Part shown: piece after piece, positions 27,016-42,792 of the stretch | How the letters are laid out: the number at the start of each line of letters is the position of its first letter | How positions within the stretch are numbered: position 1 is the stretch's first letter | DNA from: the human T2T-CHM13v2.0 reference genome, Homo sapiens | Strand: one strand, 5' to 3' | Assembly (NCBI RefSeq): GCF_009914755.1 | Contig: NC_060937.1 | DNA length: 64,000 nt | Program-made: the position numbers and the translations under genes | Notes under the pieces: generated by a model | Seen by the model: the letters and a program-made list of their open reading frames with translations, nothing else | Databases searched by the model: none | Told to the model about the DNA's origin: nothing

Positions 27016-28849
27016 ATATAATGACCATCAGAGCTAATGCATGCTGTGTGAATAAATAATGCAATTAACTTAGTACTTTTAATATATTAATAAAAATATA
27101 GTATTCCGGAGAGTTAATACTATTCACTGTGAAATATGATTAAACCAACAATTATATAAAAAGGTTCTTTGATACGATATTTTGTTTCATTTTTTCTTGT
27201 TTTATTAAAATATTACAAAATTTTAATAAGATTTATCCTCTGCCACACACTAGTCCATCTAGAAAAAGAAAAAAAAGATTAAATATATGAGTAAGCATTG
27301 AACAAAATAGCCACTGATCGTATTGATTGGTTTCAATAACCTATTGAATGCTACCTCTTGCTGATTCCCACCACAAAATCTAATTCACATAAGATTATTT
27401 GTGTCATTGTCCTCTCTTCTTCATCTTTTTCTTCCTCTCTCCCCCTACCATTTTATTCATCTTTCTTCTTTCACTTTCTTTCTTCCTAATGTGTAAGAGA
27501 ATGGAATGTATAAGTTGGGGGATGGATAATGTCTAACACAATTTTCTAAAACAAAGATTAAGTTTATAATTGTCATTCAGCTAAAATGTTTTTGAAAGAG
27601 AAAATAAATCTGTAATCTATCATTTTTCACAAAAAACTAGACTTGAGTAATTTATCCTCACACATATGGGAACTGGGCAGCTTTTCGTCACATGGAATGG
27701 TGGTTCAGTACACTAGAGAAAATAAAAGGATGATAGAAGCAGAAAACGTAGTTGTCTCTAAGGGTGAGACAAAGAAATATTAAAAGAGCAACATAAAGCT
27801 ATGTATGTTACTGCAGTAGCAGCAGCTGTGTGAACATAAGTAGCACTAAATTATACATGCATTGGCTCAAAGAATAATTATGTTGCTCATCAATAATAAG
27901 TAATTATATGAAAAAATTATCATGTGACATGCAAGCACATTTATAAAAAAATAAAAGCACATATGTCACTATAAAGATGTTTAAATACTATTCACCACTA
28001 TATTGTTTTCATCAGATCAGATGCCCTTTTCAAACTCTGTGCTATGTGAAGGGCAGACAGTTTATATTTTCAGAATTTGTCACAAGAAAAATTAATTTAC
28101 TTTTACAATTTAGGGAGACTAAAAATAGACGCCTATTATTTTTCTTTCAGAAACTGTTCAAAAGTCCAGGTGAAAAACAGCCTCTAAATCATATAAAAGA
28201 AAACATCCTATTTTAAGCCAACAGACACATTCTCCAATTATTCAACTTGTCAACCACGAGCTGACAGTTAAAAGACCAGAACAGATGGAACCAACCATCA
28301 CCACCATCATTTATTCCTCCATGCCTGGTACTGTACTCCACAATTACTCCTAGAGTACACAGTTTGCATTCAATACGCAATTATCCTTAGGTCACATGAT
28401 AGACTTTCCATTATTATTTTTCATATCTCCTGCCAGGTTATTTCCTCCTCCAAAACTTTTCAAAGGGTTTGGTTGTTGATGGAAATAAATATTCTGCCAT
28501 AGATATTGAGTCTTAACACTAAGCAGTTCTTCAAGGATAACACCTAAATCATGATACTCCCCTCTCTCTACCCCAAGAAATGTCAAAGAATCATTGCATC
28601 TTCAGTAATTATGCCTAGTAAATATTATTCAATCTTTCAAAATCATATATTTAAATATTCATTAATGCATTGTTAATAGGTAAAATTGTTTCCTATTTAT
28701 ACTGCATTTATGAGAGTAAACAGCTTATATTTTTACCTTTACTACGTGAATTAAATATTCATATTTTTACTGAATTAATTTATAAAAGGCAACATCTATT
28801 CTGAAAGACATAAAATAATATAATATTTGAATTTCTTGGTATTAGATCC

Positions 28850-29130
28850 TGTTAATGGGAAGTTAGATTTGAATCACCGCAATAGAAAAACACAGCTCCT
28901 AAATTAATCCCCAGACTTGAGCCACTTTAAATATCCTAAGCCCTTGTATGAACGGGAATCTGTATTCCTTGAGGAAGAATACTGCTAGACCGTACAAATT
29001 TATACTGCAAAACTTCATCCCAGCTTTCTCCAAGAGGACAAGCATCCACTTACCAGGGTAACTGTATTAGAGAAGTGGCCTAACCAAATATTTTGACAAT
29101 TTTTCAGTTATTGGCTTCAATGTGCTACTT
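28850..29130 (+). mobile_element. ERVL internal (gag/pro region) fragment
   Basis: ccccagacttgagcca...ccttgaggaag...ttaccagggtaactgt resemble ERVL-int. Confidence 0.7.
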
Positions 29131-29604
29131 ATCCTTTAACCAATCTACACATCTATTCTTTTTGTAGATCATTTCTTCATTTTAATTATCTGCAGTTTAC
29201 TTATAAAAGGTATTTGTTTGTATAGCTTCTTCTTTATTCGAGTATTTATTAAGTCTTTCTTAGTAAAAAGTAACTTTCACAGGATTAGATACTTCTCCTT
29301 TAGTGCTATATTGCCAGTACTGAGAAGATCACCTTGATAGACAGTAAGCACAATACTTGTTGACAAACTGAATAAAAGAGTGAAATTCTTCAAATCATGT
29401 CACATAACAATTTAGTTACTCATTGTTATAAATGAAGCTAACTAAACATAAACAAAGCTAACTGTAACTAAATGTAAAAGACACAGGTAATTTAATTTTC
29501 TGTTAAATTACTTTAAATGACAAATTAGAATACACAAACATACACACACGTAGCATATAGGTAAAATTATATTGAAAAGTAGGTGTTCTTTTCTTTAGTT
29601 TTCT

Positions 29605-30310
29605 TTCGTTATTAAACAAATACCTATTGAACACCTACCATGTTTCTGAACTTTTCTGGACATTAAAAATGCAGCAATGAATCTTGTTTTTCATGGAGCT
29701 TACATTCAAGTTGGTGAAGACAACTCTTAAATAAATTGAAAAATCAATGTATTTTTAGTTGTGATATATGTCAGGAAAAGTCTCTATTTAAAAAACACAT
29801 GTATCAAAATATGACATGGGCCCCATATTTATATACACCTAGCAAAAACCCATAAAAAGGAAAAACCTTAAAAAAATGGAAAAGGTACAGTGGCTAGATT
29901 CTTAAAGAAAATGGGACGTTTAGCTAAGTTGCTAAATGGAAGAAAAACCTCACAAGTAGAACAAAATAAAAGTGCAAAGACTGAGTCAGGAGTATGTTTT
30001 TCACACTTGAGGATGGGCAAGAGGACCAGTGCCACTGGACAGGATCAAGCAAGAAAGGAGTGATTGGTGTTGAGACCCAAGCAACAGCCAAGGTCCAGAT
30101 ATTTGGGAGCACTACAAGTCACGCATAGGCTTTGGATTTTATCTCAAGTATTATCAGAAGTTATTGGAAGGTATGGAGAAGGTATTGGAAGCTATGGAGA
30201 AAACAAACACACACAACCAAAAAGCATATTTAACATTATAAAGATCCTAATGGCTGCTCAGTGGAGAATAGCCCATGTTGGGAAAGTAGGGAAGACAATG
30301 TGATGTGTTA
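29605..30310 (-). mobile_element. L2 LINE 3' fragment
   Basis: aacaaatacctattgaacacctaccatg...catggagcttacattc, followed by purine-rich L2 body. Confidence 0.7.
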
Positions 30311-30974
30311 GCAAAGTACACGTGCATGTTGGATGTAGTATTGTTTCAATTTTACTCCTTCAATACTGAGGGAAGAAATAAAGAAAAAAAGAATTAGGGA
30401 ATAGGAAAGGAAAACATAATAATAGAGAAAATACAAATGATGGGTTAGGAAAAGTGAATAACCAAATGGAGGGAAATATTTATAGAGAAAAGATAGAAGG
30501 ATGTTCGATGAATGTTAAGATGACTATTAACTGGAAATAGTGTTATTTTCATGCATTACACTGCTGTCTGTCTAATACTGTTTCTATTATTCCTTGAAAT
30601 TCCAAAATGTATTTAAAAATCACAAAATGCTGAACCTGAAGGAAAACATAGTCTACCCCACAGTTTTCATATGAGAATGTTCAATTTGGAATAACCATAT
30701 TCAAGATTATTAGTTGACTAGTGGCAGAGAGAGCATGATTTACCCCAAAATAGTTTTTAACTATTAAAATAATTAATAATGGTGAAGGATGAGAGCCAAG
30801 GTTCTCACTACTGAGGAGGTAGGCTTCAGATATGCAAGAAAAGGAACTGTGTTTTATGATACTTAGATTCAGGGACATCAGTATAAAGTCATGTTTAGCT
30901 TAATAAAATAGAGACAGATACAAAAATATAGATATGTACATATACATGAGCTAGCACACATACAAGTATGCCTT

Positions 30975-31228
30975 TGTTCTGTCTACAGAGTATCAGAACC
31001 AGTAGGTGGTGTGTGTGTATATGTGTGTCCATGTTGTGTGTGTGTATAAACATTTATAATAAAGAAGTCCCTCATGCAAGATTATGGTGGCTGACAATCC
31101 CAAGATTTTCAATTGGCAATCTGAAATCAGAGGGAAACTGATGGTGCAGTTCCAGTCTAAATGCTACTTGTCCAAACATCTAGGGGCCCTATGGCTACAT
31201 CAAGTTGTCGCATGAAGTTAACCTTCAC
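30975..31228. mobile_element. MLT2-like (ERVL) LTR remnant with (TG)n
   Basis: cagaaccagtagg-(tg)n...gattatggtggctgacaatcccaagat...aagttaaccttcaca. Confidence 0.7.
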
Positions 31229-31564
31229 AAGTAGCATATAAAAAGGATGGGAAAAAGTTACTCTACAGTAGAGATATCTGGCAAAAACTAAGTCACATGG
31301 TATATCCCAACATCATCAGTAATAAATCATGATAATAGTACGTACTCTTGATATGATGTGTTGAAAATGTCACTTCACCCTTGTGGTCACCCTTCACAAA
31401 ACCCATAACTCAAGTCTATCCACAAGTAAAACTTTAGCCAAACCAAAACTGGAGGACATTGTACAAAATACCTGACTAGCACTCATCAAAACTGGCAATG
31501 CAGGAACGAGAAAAGTTTGATTAACTGTCACAGAGCAGAGGAAGCTAAGAAGAAATAAAGATTA

Positions 31565-31901
<337 letters not shown>

Positions 31902-32127
31902 TTATTGAACAGAAAACAGACATTTGAGAAAAATTAATGAGATCTGAGCTAAGTATAGAATTTAATTAATATCTATATATCATTATTAGTTCCCTAGTAG
32001 TGGTCAATGTATAGTAATGCAAGATGTTAACAATGGAGAAACATTGAGAGCTTAAGGGAACTTCTGGATTATCTTCACTTCTTTTAAAAATCCAAAACTC
32101 TTCTGAAATAGAATGTTGATTAAAAAT

Positions 32128-32935
32128 ATATGAACAGACACTTCTCAAAAGAAGACATTTATGCAGCCAACAGACACATGAAAAAACGCTCATCATCACT
32201 GGCCATCAGAGAAATGCAAATCAAAACCACAATGAGATACCATCTCACATCAGTTAGAATGGCGATCATTAAAAAGTCAAGAAACAACAGGTGCTGGAGA
32301 GGATGTGGAGAAATAGGAACACTTTTACACTGTTGGTGGGACTGTAAACTAGTTCAACCATTGTGGAAGACAGTGTGGCGATTCCTCAAGGATCTAGAAC
32401 TAGAAATACCATTTGATCCATCCATCCCATTACTGGGTATATACTCAAAGGATATAAAGACACATGCACACGTATGTTTATTGCAGCCCTATTCACAATA
32501 GCAAAGACTTGGAACCAACCCAAATGTCCATCAATGATAGAGTGGATTAAGAAAATGTGGCACATATACACCATGGAATACTAAGTAGCCATAAAAAAGA
32601 TGAATCCATGTCCTTTGTAGGGACATGGATGAAGCTGGAAACCATCATTCTGAGCAAACTATTGCAAGGACAGAAAACCAGACATAGCATGTTCTCACTC
32701 ATAGGTGGGAATTAAACAATGAGAACAGTTGGACACAGGATGGGGAACATCACACAGCGGGGCCTGTTGTGGGGTTGGGGCGGGGAGAGGGATAGCATTA
32801 GGAGATATACCTAATGTAAATGACGAGTTTAACGGGTTCAACACACCAACATGGCACATGTATACATATGTAACAAACCTGCACGTTGTGCACATGTACC
32901 CTAGAACTTAAAGTATAATAAAAAAATAAAAAATA
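32128..32935 (+). mobile_element. Young L1PA (L1PA4/5-like) 5'-truncated 3' end
   Basis: ORF2 C-terminus [19 protein letters not shown]...[20 protein letters not shown], 3' UTR and A-tail. Confidence 0.95.
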
Positions 32936-33260
32936 CAGAATGGTAATTATTAAACTATATTTCAGTAAGTCATTTTACTCTGAAGAAAGAGAATAATCCT
33001 ATGGATACCAAGGTACAATTTGGCTGGCCTCAGACTTTCTCAGAAATACTCACTGCTTAAGAACTTCTGTTCTTGAAGTAGTGTGTTCAAAACTTAAGTA
33101 AAAAAATTTTAAACCGAAAGGTGTTCACAGCAAAGTTAATAATCAAATGTAAAGGGCATAGTATGATTTATACAATATACAAACAAGGGGAATGCATTTT
33201 AAACATAGAAAAAAAACCATAAAAAATCCCTAAGGCACAAACTTTCCTAGAAAATATATA

Positions 33261-33561
33261 TTTTGTTTGTTTGTTTGTTTTCTTGAGATGGAGTCTCACT
33301 CTGTCACCAGGCTGGAGTGCAGTGGCGTGACTCGGCTCACTGCAACCTCTGCCTCCCTGGTTCAAGCGATTCTTCTGCCTCAGCCTCCCAAATAACTGGG
33401 ACTATAGGTGCGTGCCAACACGCCCAGTAAATTTTTGTATTTTTAGTAGAGACGGGGTTTCACCATGTTGGCCAGGATGTTCTCGATCTCTTGACCTCCT
33501 AATCTGCCTGCATTGGCCTCCCAAAGTGCTGGGATTACAGGCGTCAGCCACTGCATTGGCC
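33261..33561 (-). mobile_element. Alu SINE (AluSc-like)
   Basis: Antisense Alu with ctcttgacctc diagnostic, flanked by tgttttctt. Confidence 0.96.
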
Positions 33562-33937
33562 TGTTTTCTTATGTGATCAATTGGATAAATGGTAGTTCAA
33601 ACTAATTCTTGAATGGAGAGTTCATGATAGTTGGAGCATCAAATTTATTTCAGATGTGTATATTATAAACAACTATAGAACTCAAGGAACCAACAAGACT
33701 TAATGTTAAGTTTTTTGAATATTTAAATTTTTAACATTAACAGTAGAATAAAAAAAGATAATATATTGGAGAATTAAACATGTACATAAGTTTTTCATCA
33801 TTGTCCATAAATTTTAAATAAATTATATGACTTAAACTAGTTATGCCCCAAACTACCAATTGTACACTGTTTAAAAAGCCCATTCAGGGCCATGCTTCAG
33901 TCAACCATAAATTAATATTAGGAAATTCAGGGCTTTT

Positions 33938-34224
33938 TTAATGTTTAATTTTTAATTTTTGTGAGTACACAATAGGTGTATGTATCTATGGGTTACGTGG
34001 GAAATTTTGTACAGACATACAATGTAGAATAATTACATCAAGTAAACAAAATACCCATCACCTCAAGCATTTGTCTTTTGTGTTAAAAACAGTCCCATTA
34101 TAGTCTTTTAGTTATTTTGAAATGTACAATTAAATTACTATTGAATATAATCATCCTGTTGTGCTATCAAAAACTAGATCTTATTTATTCTGGATAAAGA
34201 AGACGTGCTGCATATAAACAATGC
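33938..34224 (-). mobile_element. L1MA 3' fragment with a short inverted segment
   Basis: Antisense L1MA 3' UTR to ~34190, then sense tggataaagaagacgtg. Flanked by cag(g/a)gcttttt. Confidence 0.7.
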
Positions 34225-34781
34225 AGAGCTTTTCATTTTTGTACAAACTTTCTCATTTATTTCTAAGATATTTGTGTACATTAAATTACAGAGAAAGTAA
34301 GAGATTACCTGTTGCCCTCCGTTAGACATGTCCTTGAAGTATGAACATCTGGCTAATCATTCTTGCAATCTGCCACTTTACTTCCCTCTTCATAAACTGA
34401 TCTTTTGATCTCTTTTATCCCTTTAGAGGTCTGTTCTTATGAGTCTATCCATCAAATTACCAACTCCAGGACTTATTAATATTTTTTGACATGCAGGCAT
34501 TATCTGACCCTGCTAGCCTACCTAGAATTCTGATTCTTATACTCTTCAATATTTCTTCTTGTCTCTTGAAGACACATTGTTTCATACAACTTTATGTGTT
34601 TTGCATGCACATCCAAATCTCAAACACCTGATTAATACCAAGCCATGTACACAGACACGCACAAACATACACACATTCATTCTTGTAATGAGATCTCTGG
34701 ATATTAAAATATGCTGTAGCGGGTAGATACATACTTTTTAAATCTAAGTTTCAAAGAAATAACTGAAGTTTATAGTAACAA

Positions 34782-35262
34782 TGTCAAAGAAAAAAATGCA
34801 CCAGAAGGAATTGACAAGCAAGGAAGACATTACATTAGACTACTATAATCCAGGGAGAGATTGAACTCAACTCCTCTGAAACAAAAGGTACAAGGATTTT
34901 TAGCTGCTGAGGTGAGCTAGTGGAAAAGACATTAGGGCGGAGTTTGGACAAAGTGATTAGGTCATCAATGTTTGTTAATTGTTGCTTATAGAAGTTAGGC
35001 TCCTGCCCTCCCACAGAGACTGGGAGATAGGGACCCTATCTACTTCAATGATTTTATTTCAAAAGACTGTCTTCCAGGTTCTGCAGAAAGAAATTTCTGG
35101 GTTGTAAATTAACAAGAGGCCAGAAGAAGATTTACATTTCAAAGGGGCACAGAAAGAATTTGCAGTTGCAAGTTTTCTAAAGTAAATTATCCAAGAGAGG
35201 CCAGGGACCTAGTGTCAGGAAGAAGACTGTCACTCTAAAGTTTAATCAAGTTGGAAATGACA
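34782..35262. mobile_element. ERV1-class solo LTR (MER31/MER67-like)
   Basis: tgtcaaagaaaaaaatgcacc...caaggaagac...gaactcaactc...ctcccacagagactgggagatag. Confidence 0.7.
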
Positions 35263-36099
35263 TTAAATTAGAAAAAAACTTTACCTGCATTGGTTTCCCT
35301 CTACATAGTGTTTCTTGTTTAGTATTTATTAAACTAAATGCTGATGCATAATGAGTTCAACTACTGAAATTTTACATTCTGACATATAAAAGTTCAAAAA
35401 GATATCAAGACTTACAGTTTTAATGGACATTGGTATATATTTTACACAGAAATATTTTGTTAAAACAAATGTGAGCAAATGAAAATTTCTCTTCATTTAT
35501 TTATTTGAACGTTTATGTTTGTTTAAACTCATTGTTTTTGTTTTAAAACCTGAGTTTAGAAAGTAATAGTTTTAACTTATTTAGGAGAAAAATGCAGAAT
35601 GATATGCAGTAATACGCACACACACACACATACAAAGAAAAATTTTGTGTAGATGATTTAAAACAGCAAAAATTACTAAGCTATGTGACACAATTATTAT
35701 TTTTCATCACTAATCAGAAGTTTGAGTAGAAAAGGGAAAATGGCAATGTTTCTTTCTCTGCACCTGTTAGTGAACCTTAAATGTCAGTCAATCTGATTAC
35801 TGCTGACATGAACTTTTCACTGACATAGATTCCCCTTGAGGACATGTGTTGTTCCCATGATATGACGAGCAGTATGAGCAGTATGTGGCTGGACATAACC
35901 ACATGGAGAATCTGGAGCAAAAACCAGGCCAAAAAGTATTTCAACCTTCATTAAGCATTTCAAAAATTTAGTAAATATAGAGAAGGAAGAGAAGTTTATG
36001 TTCTAGGACTGCCTATAGTGTAGAGGCCTATAGGCCATAAGCCTCTTGAGTTGCTAGATCACTTAGGTCATCATGAAAATATAAACAAATTGCTAAGTT

Positions 36100-36385
36100 T
36101 GGCCACTCGGTGTACACCCCATGCAAATGAAGTAGTGGCCCACAATCAGTCTGATTGGTTGTGGAAAGCAACCAGTCAGACGCTGAAGTGAACTTACAAA
36201 GTTATACTCCTATGCAAACATCTGATTGGTTGCGGAAAGCAACCAGTCAGAGGTACCTTCAATTTTCCATCTGCCAGGCAAGAAGGTGGGGGTGGGGAGG
36301 TTGCAAAGGGAGTAGCCTCTGGTCCTTTTGTTACTTAGGTGTGGAAAATTGGGGTTTTCCTTTTGATTTAGGCCTAGGAAGTTCC
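36100..36385. mobile_element. MER51-like LTR fragment
   Basis: Duplicated unit atgcaaa...tctgattggttg(t/c)ggaaagcaaccagtcaga. Confidence 0.8.
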
Positions 36386-38389
36386 TGTCACATTTATGTG
36401 TTCTGTGTGGTTGATGGCTTGTGTGTCAATGGCTGATGAGAATAATTATGATGCTGTCGTTTATGTGCCAGATGCAGGGGCACACCCTAGATCTTATTTA
36501 CCATTCTGCAAAACCATTTTTGATTACTTATGGGGCAAAACCAAAACAGACTATTCCTAAAAGACACGTTCAATGGAACATACATATTTTTATGAAGTAT
36601 TTGGCTAATTCTTGTATAAGAAAATCGGCAATTTTCTTTAAAAATCTACTGCTGTTTCTCAACAACACTTGAAGGGTGCTTAGATTTTCAGTGTGGAAAA
36701 TCAGCATTTTTGAAATACAGATAAAAAATCAGAGAGTGAAATAGACTCCAGGAAATACGAAAGGTTTTTTTCTTTCCCATCTACATTTAATTTTTTGCAT
36801 CTGTCAACAGCAAGCCTATCACTATAAATTCTACTATGATAAAAAACATTTTGTTGTCTTACATTGCCACGGATCAAAAGACAAACCTGAGGAATTCCTT
36901 TTAAAAATAAGCCTTTGATAAAAAGTGGGAAATCATTAATCATGGAAAAAATGATGTGTCTTCACTTTTCACAAGGGCTCAGTGAGAAAGTTCCTATTTT
37001 ACCACAAGGGCAGCTATAGACAAGAGAACCAGAGGAACGTCCTTTCTAACCCATAATAGGATGGCAGAGACCGAGAAAGAAAGGATTGTCTTGAAGACAT
37101 TAGAGCGGTTTTCATGTAAAACTCATGGACTAACTTCAAGTTTACTTGAAATTTTACTTGGAAGCTTTACTTTTTTACGCTATGTTTCAGATTCATTATA
37201 TATAGAGTACATTTCTGAGCTAACTTAGTATCTAAATTATATACATATTTGAAACAATTGAATTACAGATATTGTGTTATTTAATTTTACACATTCATTA
37301 AAAGACCAACTGGCTTCTTGAGCATTTACTATGAGCTTTTATGGGACTTGTAATTAACTGGGACAGATAAATTTTATATTTAAAAATGTAAATGTACATA
37401 ATGTAAAACTGTGAAGAGAAATTTGAAAGAAAAATTGTCATAATAAAAAAATGGGTATGTATATTCCAGAGGATGAATTTCTAAAACAACAAATGATGTA
37501 TTTTAGAGAATGAAATAGTATTTTTTTCTTAGTTTTTTTCCCATTTATCAAATCCCCACATTACACAAAGCTCTGTATTGTACCAGTAGTAAATTACCAA
37601 TGCTATTTAAGTTATCTTCCTTAATGTATAATAAAAAGTATAGACTTGTACTCCTAAAAGAAATCTCAATTACTTCACATTGCTAATACTGCTCTTTCAC
37701 AAATTTGGCAACTAATATAATACTCAGATATTTATTATATATCAATATATTTAATCATGTAAAAGTAACTCTTACATATATATGCACACATGTACATGCA
37801 CAGATGTATATACATATGTAAATTATAAATTTTCAAAATATTTTTTGATATATATACATATAATTTATTGATAAATTAATAAAGATTAATGAAGCTAATA
37901 CAAGAAAGCTTATATTATTCATTGATTACACAATTCTGGACAAAATATTTATAAATTTTTGTAGTGCTCTTTTTACTCATAAGCTAACTGTAATATATGA
38001 GTCAAGTAAATCAAAGTGCCTCATTATTAATAGCCTCATGGATTAAACAAGGAATTAAGGGAAGAGTGGCTGTATCTTCATCTTGATTTTGACATCTCAT
38101 GAATTGCTAGTACTTTCTGGATTAAAATATATATAACTGGAAATTATTTAATTAAATAGTTAATGTCGTGATATTTTCACAATGGAATGTTTTAATTTAG
38201 TCTAGATGACATTCTGTGTGCCATTTCTAATTTTAAGGTTATGAAGCAGGTTTAAATAAAAAGAGGTGTGTGAAATATATTTATATAATCCTGCTTCTTG
38301 AGATAACAATGGCTATTATTTTTGAGATTTTAATTAGTATGTTTTTCTGAGAAATGTCAAGAATGGAAATGATTGTAATAAAGCAGAAA

Positions 38390-38560
38390 AATCTCTGAAC
38401 TTGAAGTCATTTATAACAGGTTTGATACACAATTTAATTAATGAGTACCAAGGTGACTTTGGACAATTGAAGTGCCAGAGTTTCTATACATCTTGAGAAA
38501 ATATTTCACCTAAGTAGTATAATTACTGTAAAGATAAAATGAGATAATATAAAAAATTCT
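38390..38560 (+). mobile_element. MIR SINE remnant
   Basis: gtgactttggacaa...ctgtaaagataaaatgagataat. Confidence 0.55.
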
Positions 38561-40676
38561 GTCATATTAAAAAGTGCAGTAAGAAAACCACACAACATTA
38601 ATGTGATTTACCCAACTGTATAAAATTGCCTAAAATAAAATTAATGCATGAATTTTAAAACATACAATGTATTAATAATTCAAAGTTTTAGATAGATAAT
38701 GAGCTTAGGTTCATTTTCTTTAAGATAAATTTTGCTCATGTTTATTGTAATAATTCACTCGTTTTAGTAATTTTCTAAATTATTAAGAGAATGTATACTG
38801 TAAGATTAAGTAGTACAAAACACCATAACGTCTAATTTTTGGTTATTAAAAAATTTAAACCAGCTCATATAGAATTATGAGTAATTTTATAGTTCAGTGT
38901 GTTTTACTGTAAAAATGTGGTTAGCTTCTTACAAGTTGCCTAACATCCTAATAATATGATTTGGAATCCCTCATGAATATATAACAACACGCTTTTGATA
39001 TCATGGAAATATGTAGCAAACATAAGTGAACATAGGTTCTGTGTTTAATAAATTTAAATTGTAAATATTTTAAGTAGATACTATTTTAAAACCTAAGTTA
39101 ATAAATGTGAAAATGTAAAAAAATAAAGATTATTTGAAATTTATTAGAAAGTCATGCTTATTTATACTTAGATTACAAGAGTGCTTTTATTTTAACTTCC
39201 GTCTGTCCCAATTAGTTAAAAAATTGTTATAAAACATTTATTGCTTATTTAATATTTATTAATCAGTAATATATGTAATCATACACATGTCCCTATTTAG
39301 GTGTGTATATGTGTATATGGATATGCACACACACATAAATATGTGCATTTCCATAAGCATGGAAAACAATCTCTGTAGTTTATAAAGATATACAATTTTA
39401 AATTCTCAGGTATGAAATTGCCAACTTGAAAAGTACTTTCACAGATTTAAGTTCATAGTCATATTAAGAATAAAGAATGAAAATTATTTAAAGATTTTCT
39501 TAGGTAAAATAATTTACGTGGGTATTTCTTTGAAAATGAATAATTTTATAGTTCACTATGTTCTACCGTAAAAATGTGAATTCTACTTAAAAATTTGAAT
39601 TCTTCAAATTCAAATTTTGCTATGTGAAAAATAATGACAACAATATTTTTAGTAATAATGCAACTGTCTCATAATTTCTCTGAAATATAAAGAAAAGCAT
39701 ATACCTAAGGAGGGTGATGCTATTCAAATATGTTATGCCATGAGTGCCAAATAATTGCAAAACATGGCTCAGAAGTCAACAAAGATGCTGGCTTTGAACA
39801 ACATGTATGTTTGTTTGAGACCATACTCTTGCTCACTTAACAGCTTTTTCACTGAATAATAAATTAGTAATTTTTCAACTGTCATAAGTATGATCCTTGG
39901 ACAAACATAAAGCAAAATCTAAAATAGATTTAATAACCCCACCTGATAGAATAGGGCCCACCTGAAGCATATAAGATAAATGTGCCTTGTATGTTATGGT
40001 GATGAAAGGATTGTATATTTAAATTTTCATCTAGTCTTTTTTCTCCTTCAAAGCTTGCTTTCTCATTCCTGTCTTATCCAAATCTTACTCTCTTTCAAAA
40101 ATAACCCTTATAAAGCCATTTCCTATAACATTTTGTCCTCATCTAGGCACCTCCTTCTACACGTAAGCAATGCCTAGTCCTTGTGGCAGAGGTTCTTCTC
40201 TCTACATCTCTAGAATGTCCACCAACATTCTAGAAGAACAATAGTCACCAGTTAATAAAATTTTATTTTTATAATTTTGCCTACTTTCTTTATAATCTCA
40301 GTGCTATCTGTTAGCTTTGTGTGATTTGGCTACATAGGAATGATATATATGCTAACCAGTTTTAAAATTATAGAAATCAAAATAAAATTTATGTGCAGTA
40401 TTTTACAGATTCTTCTCAGCAATATAAATAAAATTTTTCCCTAATGATGAAATATTTTGTATGTTAACACGTAATTTTCTAGCTTTTTAAAAGAATATCC
40501 ATTTATAGATCTTTTAAATTGAGTTAGTAATACTTAAAATTTGTCATTTCATAAAAATGTTAATAGGTTTCAGTTTTAGTTATTATTTTTATTGATATTG
40601 AAGCTTTATGTTTTGAAATTTTAACTGTGAAATTTGACTTTTCACACCCTTTATTTTATTATATAAGCATCATCTA

Positions 40677-40825
40677 ATACAGTTTAATAAGAAAAGAATA
40701 TACACAGTTTAATAAGAAAAGAATATACAGTTTAATAAGAAAAGAATATACACAAGAAAAGAATATGCACATTAATATGCACAAGAATATGCACAAAGAA
40801 TATACACAAGAAAAGAATATGCATA
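40677..40825. repeat. Short minisatellite: 3 x 23-25 bp (atacagtttaataagaaaagaat), then degenerate (acacaagaaaagaatat) units
   Basis: Tandem copies are directly visible. Confidence 0.9.
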
Positions 40826-42488
40826 TGTACAAAAATATACATATTTGTACAACTGTACATTTGTACACAATTTTATACACATTCACACACATACACATAT
40901 CTATATATTTCTTTGATATTCATTATTTTATTTTGACAAATGTGTCAATATTTTTTCTTCCACAATGTATTCTGATATAGACTGATGAAAGTAAGAATAC
41001 AGAAGATTGTATTTTTTATACAATTTATATTACATATATAAGATAAATTAATTTCTACAATTTTTTTATTACAAACTCATGAAGTTACTATACAAGACAA
41101 CCATCCCCAAGGCACAGAGTCATCAGATCGACCAAGGTCAAGGAAAATGAAAAATATTAAAGGCAGCTAGAAAGAAGAATGATGTCACCTACAGAGGGAC
41201 TTCATCAGGCCAGCAGTAGACCTTTCAGCAGTAACCTTCCTAGCCAGAAGAGATTGAGGACCTACTTTCAGAGGACCCCAGTCTTTTCAAAGAAGAAAAA
41301 TTCTAACCAAGAATTTAATATCTCACCAAACTAAGCTTCATAAGTAAAGGAGCTACAAAATCCTTCTCAGACAACCAAGTGCTGAGGGAATTTATTTCAA
41401 GTAGACCAAACTTACAAGAGGTCTGTAAGGGAGTGCTAAACATGGAGTAAAAGAATGACATCTGCTACACAAAAACACACTTTACCAGCTAGCCCACAAA
41501 CACTATAAAGCAACGAAGCAATTAAGTCTACATAATAATAAGATAACAACACAATGACAGCATCAAAATCACATGTATCAATACTAACCTTGAATTTAAA
41601 TGGGCTCAAATACTCTACTTAAAAGACATAGAGTGGACAGCTGGATGAAAAGACAAGACCCAACAATCTGTTGCTTTCAAGAGATCCATCTCACATGTAA
41701 TAGCATCCACAGACTCAAAGTAAACGGATGGAGAAAGGCTTAACATGGAAATGGAAATCAAAAAAGATCAGAAGTCCCTGTTCTTAGATGAAGCAAACTG
41801 TAAACCTACAAATATTAAGAAAGATTATGAAGGGTATTACATAATGGTAAAGGGTACAATCTAACAATAAGGCTTAATTTATCCTATGTATCTATGCATC
41901 CAACATTGGAGCACCTAGATTCATAAAACAGGCTCTTCTTGGCCTACAGGAAGGCTTAAACAATCATGCAATAATAGTGGGAGATCTCAATACTTCATTG
42001 AAAACATTAGACAGATCATCAAGGCGGAAGACTTAAAAAGATACTTGGGAATTGAGCTTGACAGCTTGACCAGTTTGACCTAATAGACGTCTATGGAACA
42101 CTCCACCCAACAACCATAGAATATACATTAGTCTCTCCTGAACACAAAATATAGTCTAAGATTAACTACATTCTTGGTCATAAAGCAAGTCTCAATAAAT
42201 TAAAAAAACTGAAAGCATATTAAGCACACTCTTAGACCATAGTGGAATAAAAATATAAATCAATATCAAGAAGATCTCTCAAAACTACACATATACACAG
42301 AAATTAAACAACTTGCTCTTGAATAACTCCTGAGTAAACATCAATATTAAGGCAGAAAATAAAAAATTTACTTCAAATTAATGAAAATAGAGACACAGCT
42401 TACCAAAATCTCTGGCTTGTGGCAAAAGCATTTTTTAAAGGAAAGTTTATAGCCCTCAATGCCTTCATCAAGAAGTTACAAAGAATTC

Positions 42489-42792
<304 letters not shown>

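Noticed and set aside
40677-40825. Repeats with variable interspaces resembling a CRISPR array
   Set aside because: Head-to-tail tandem units without unique spacers, in eukaryotic DNA with no cas genes.
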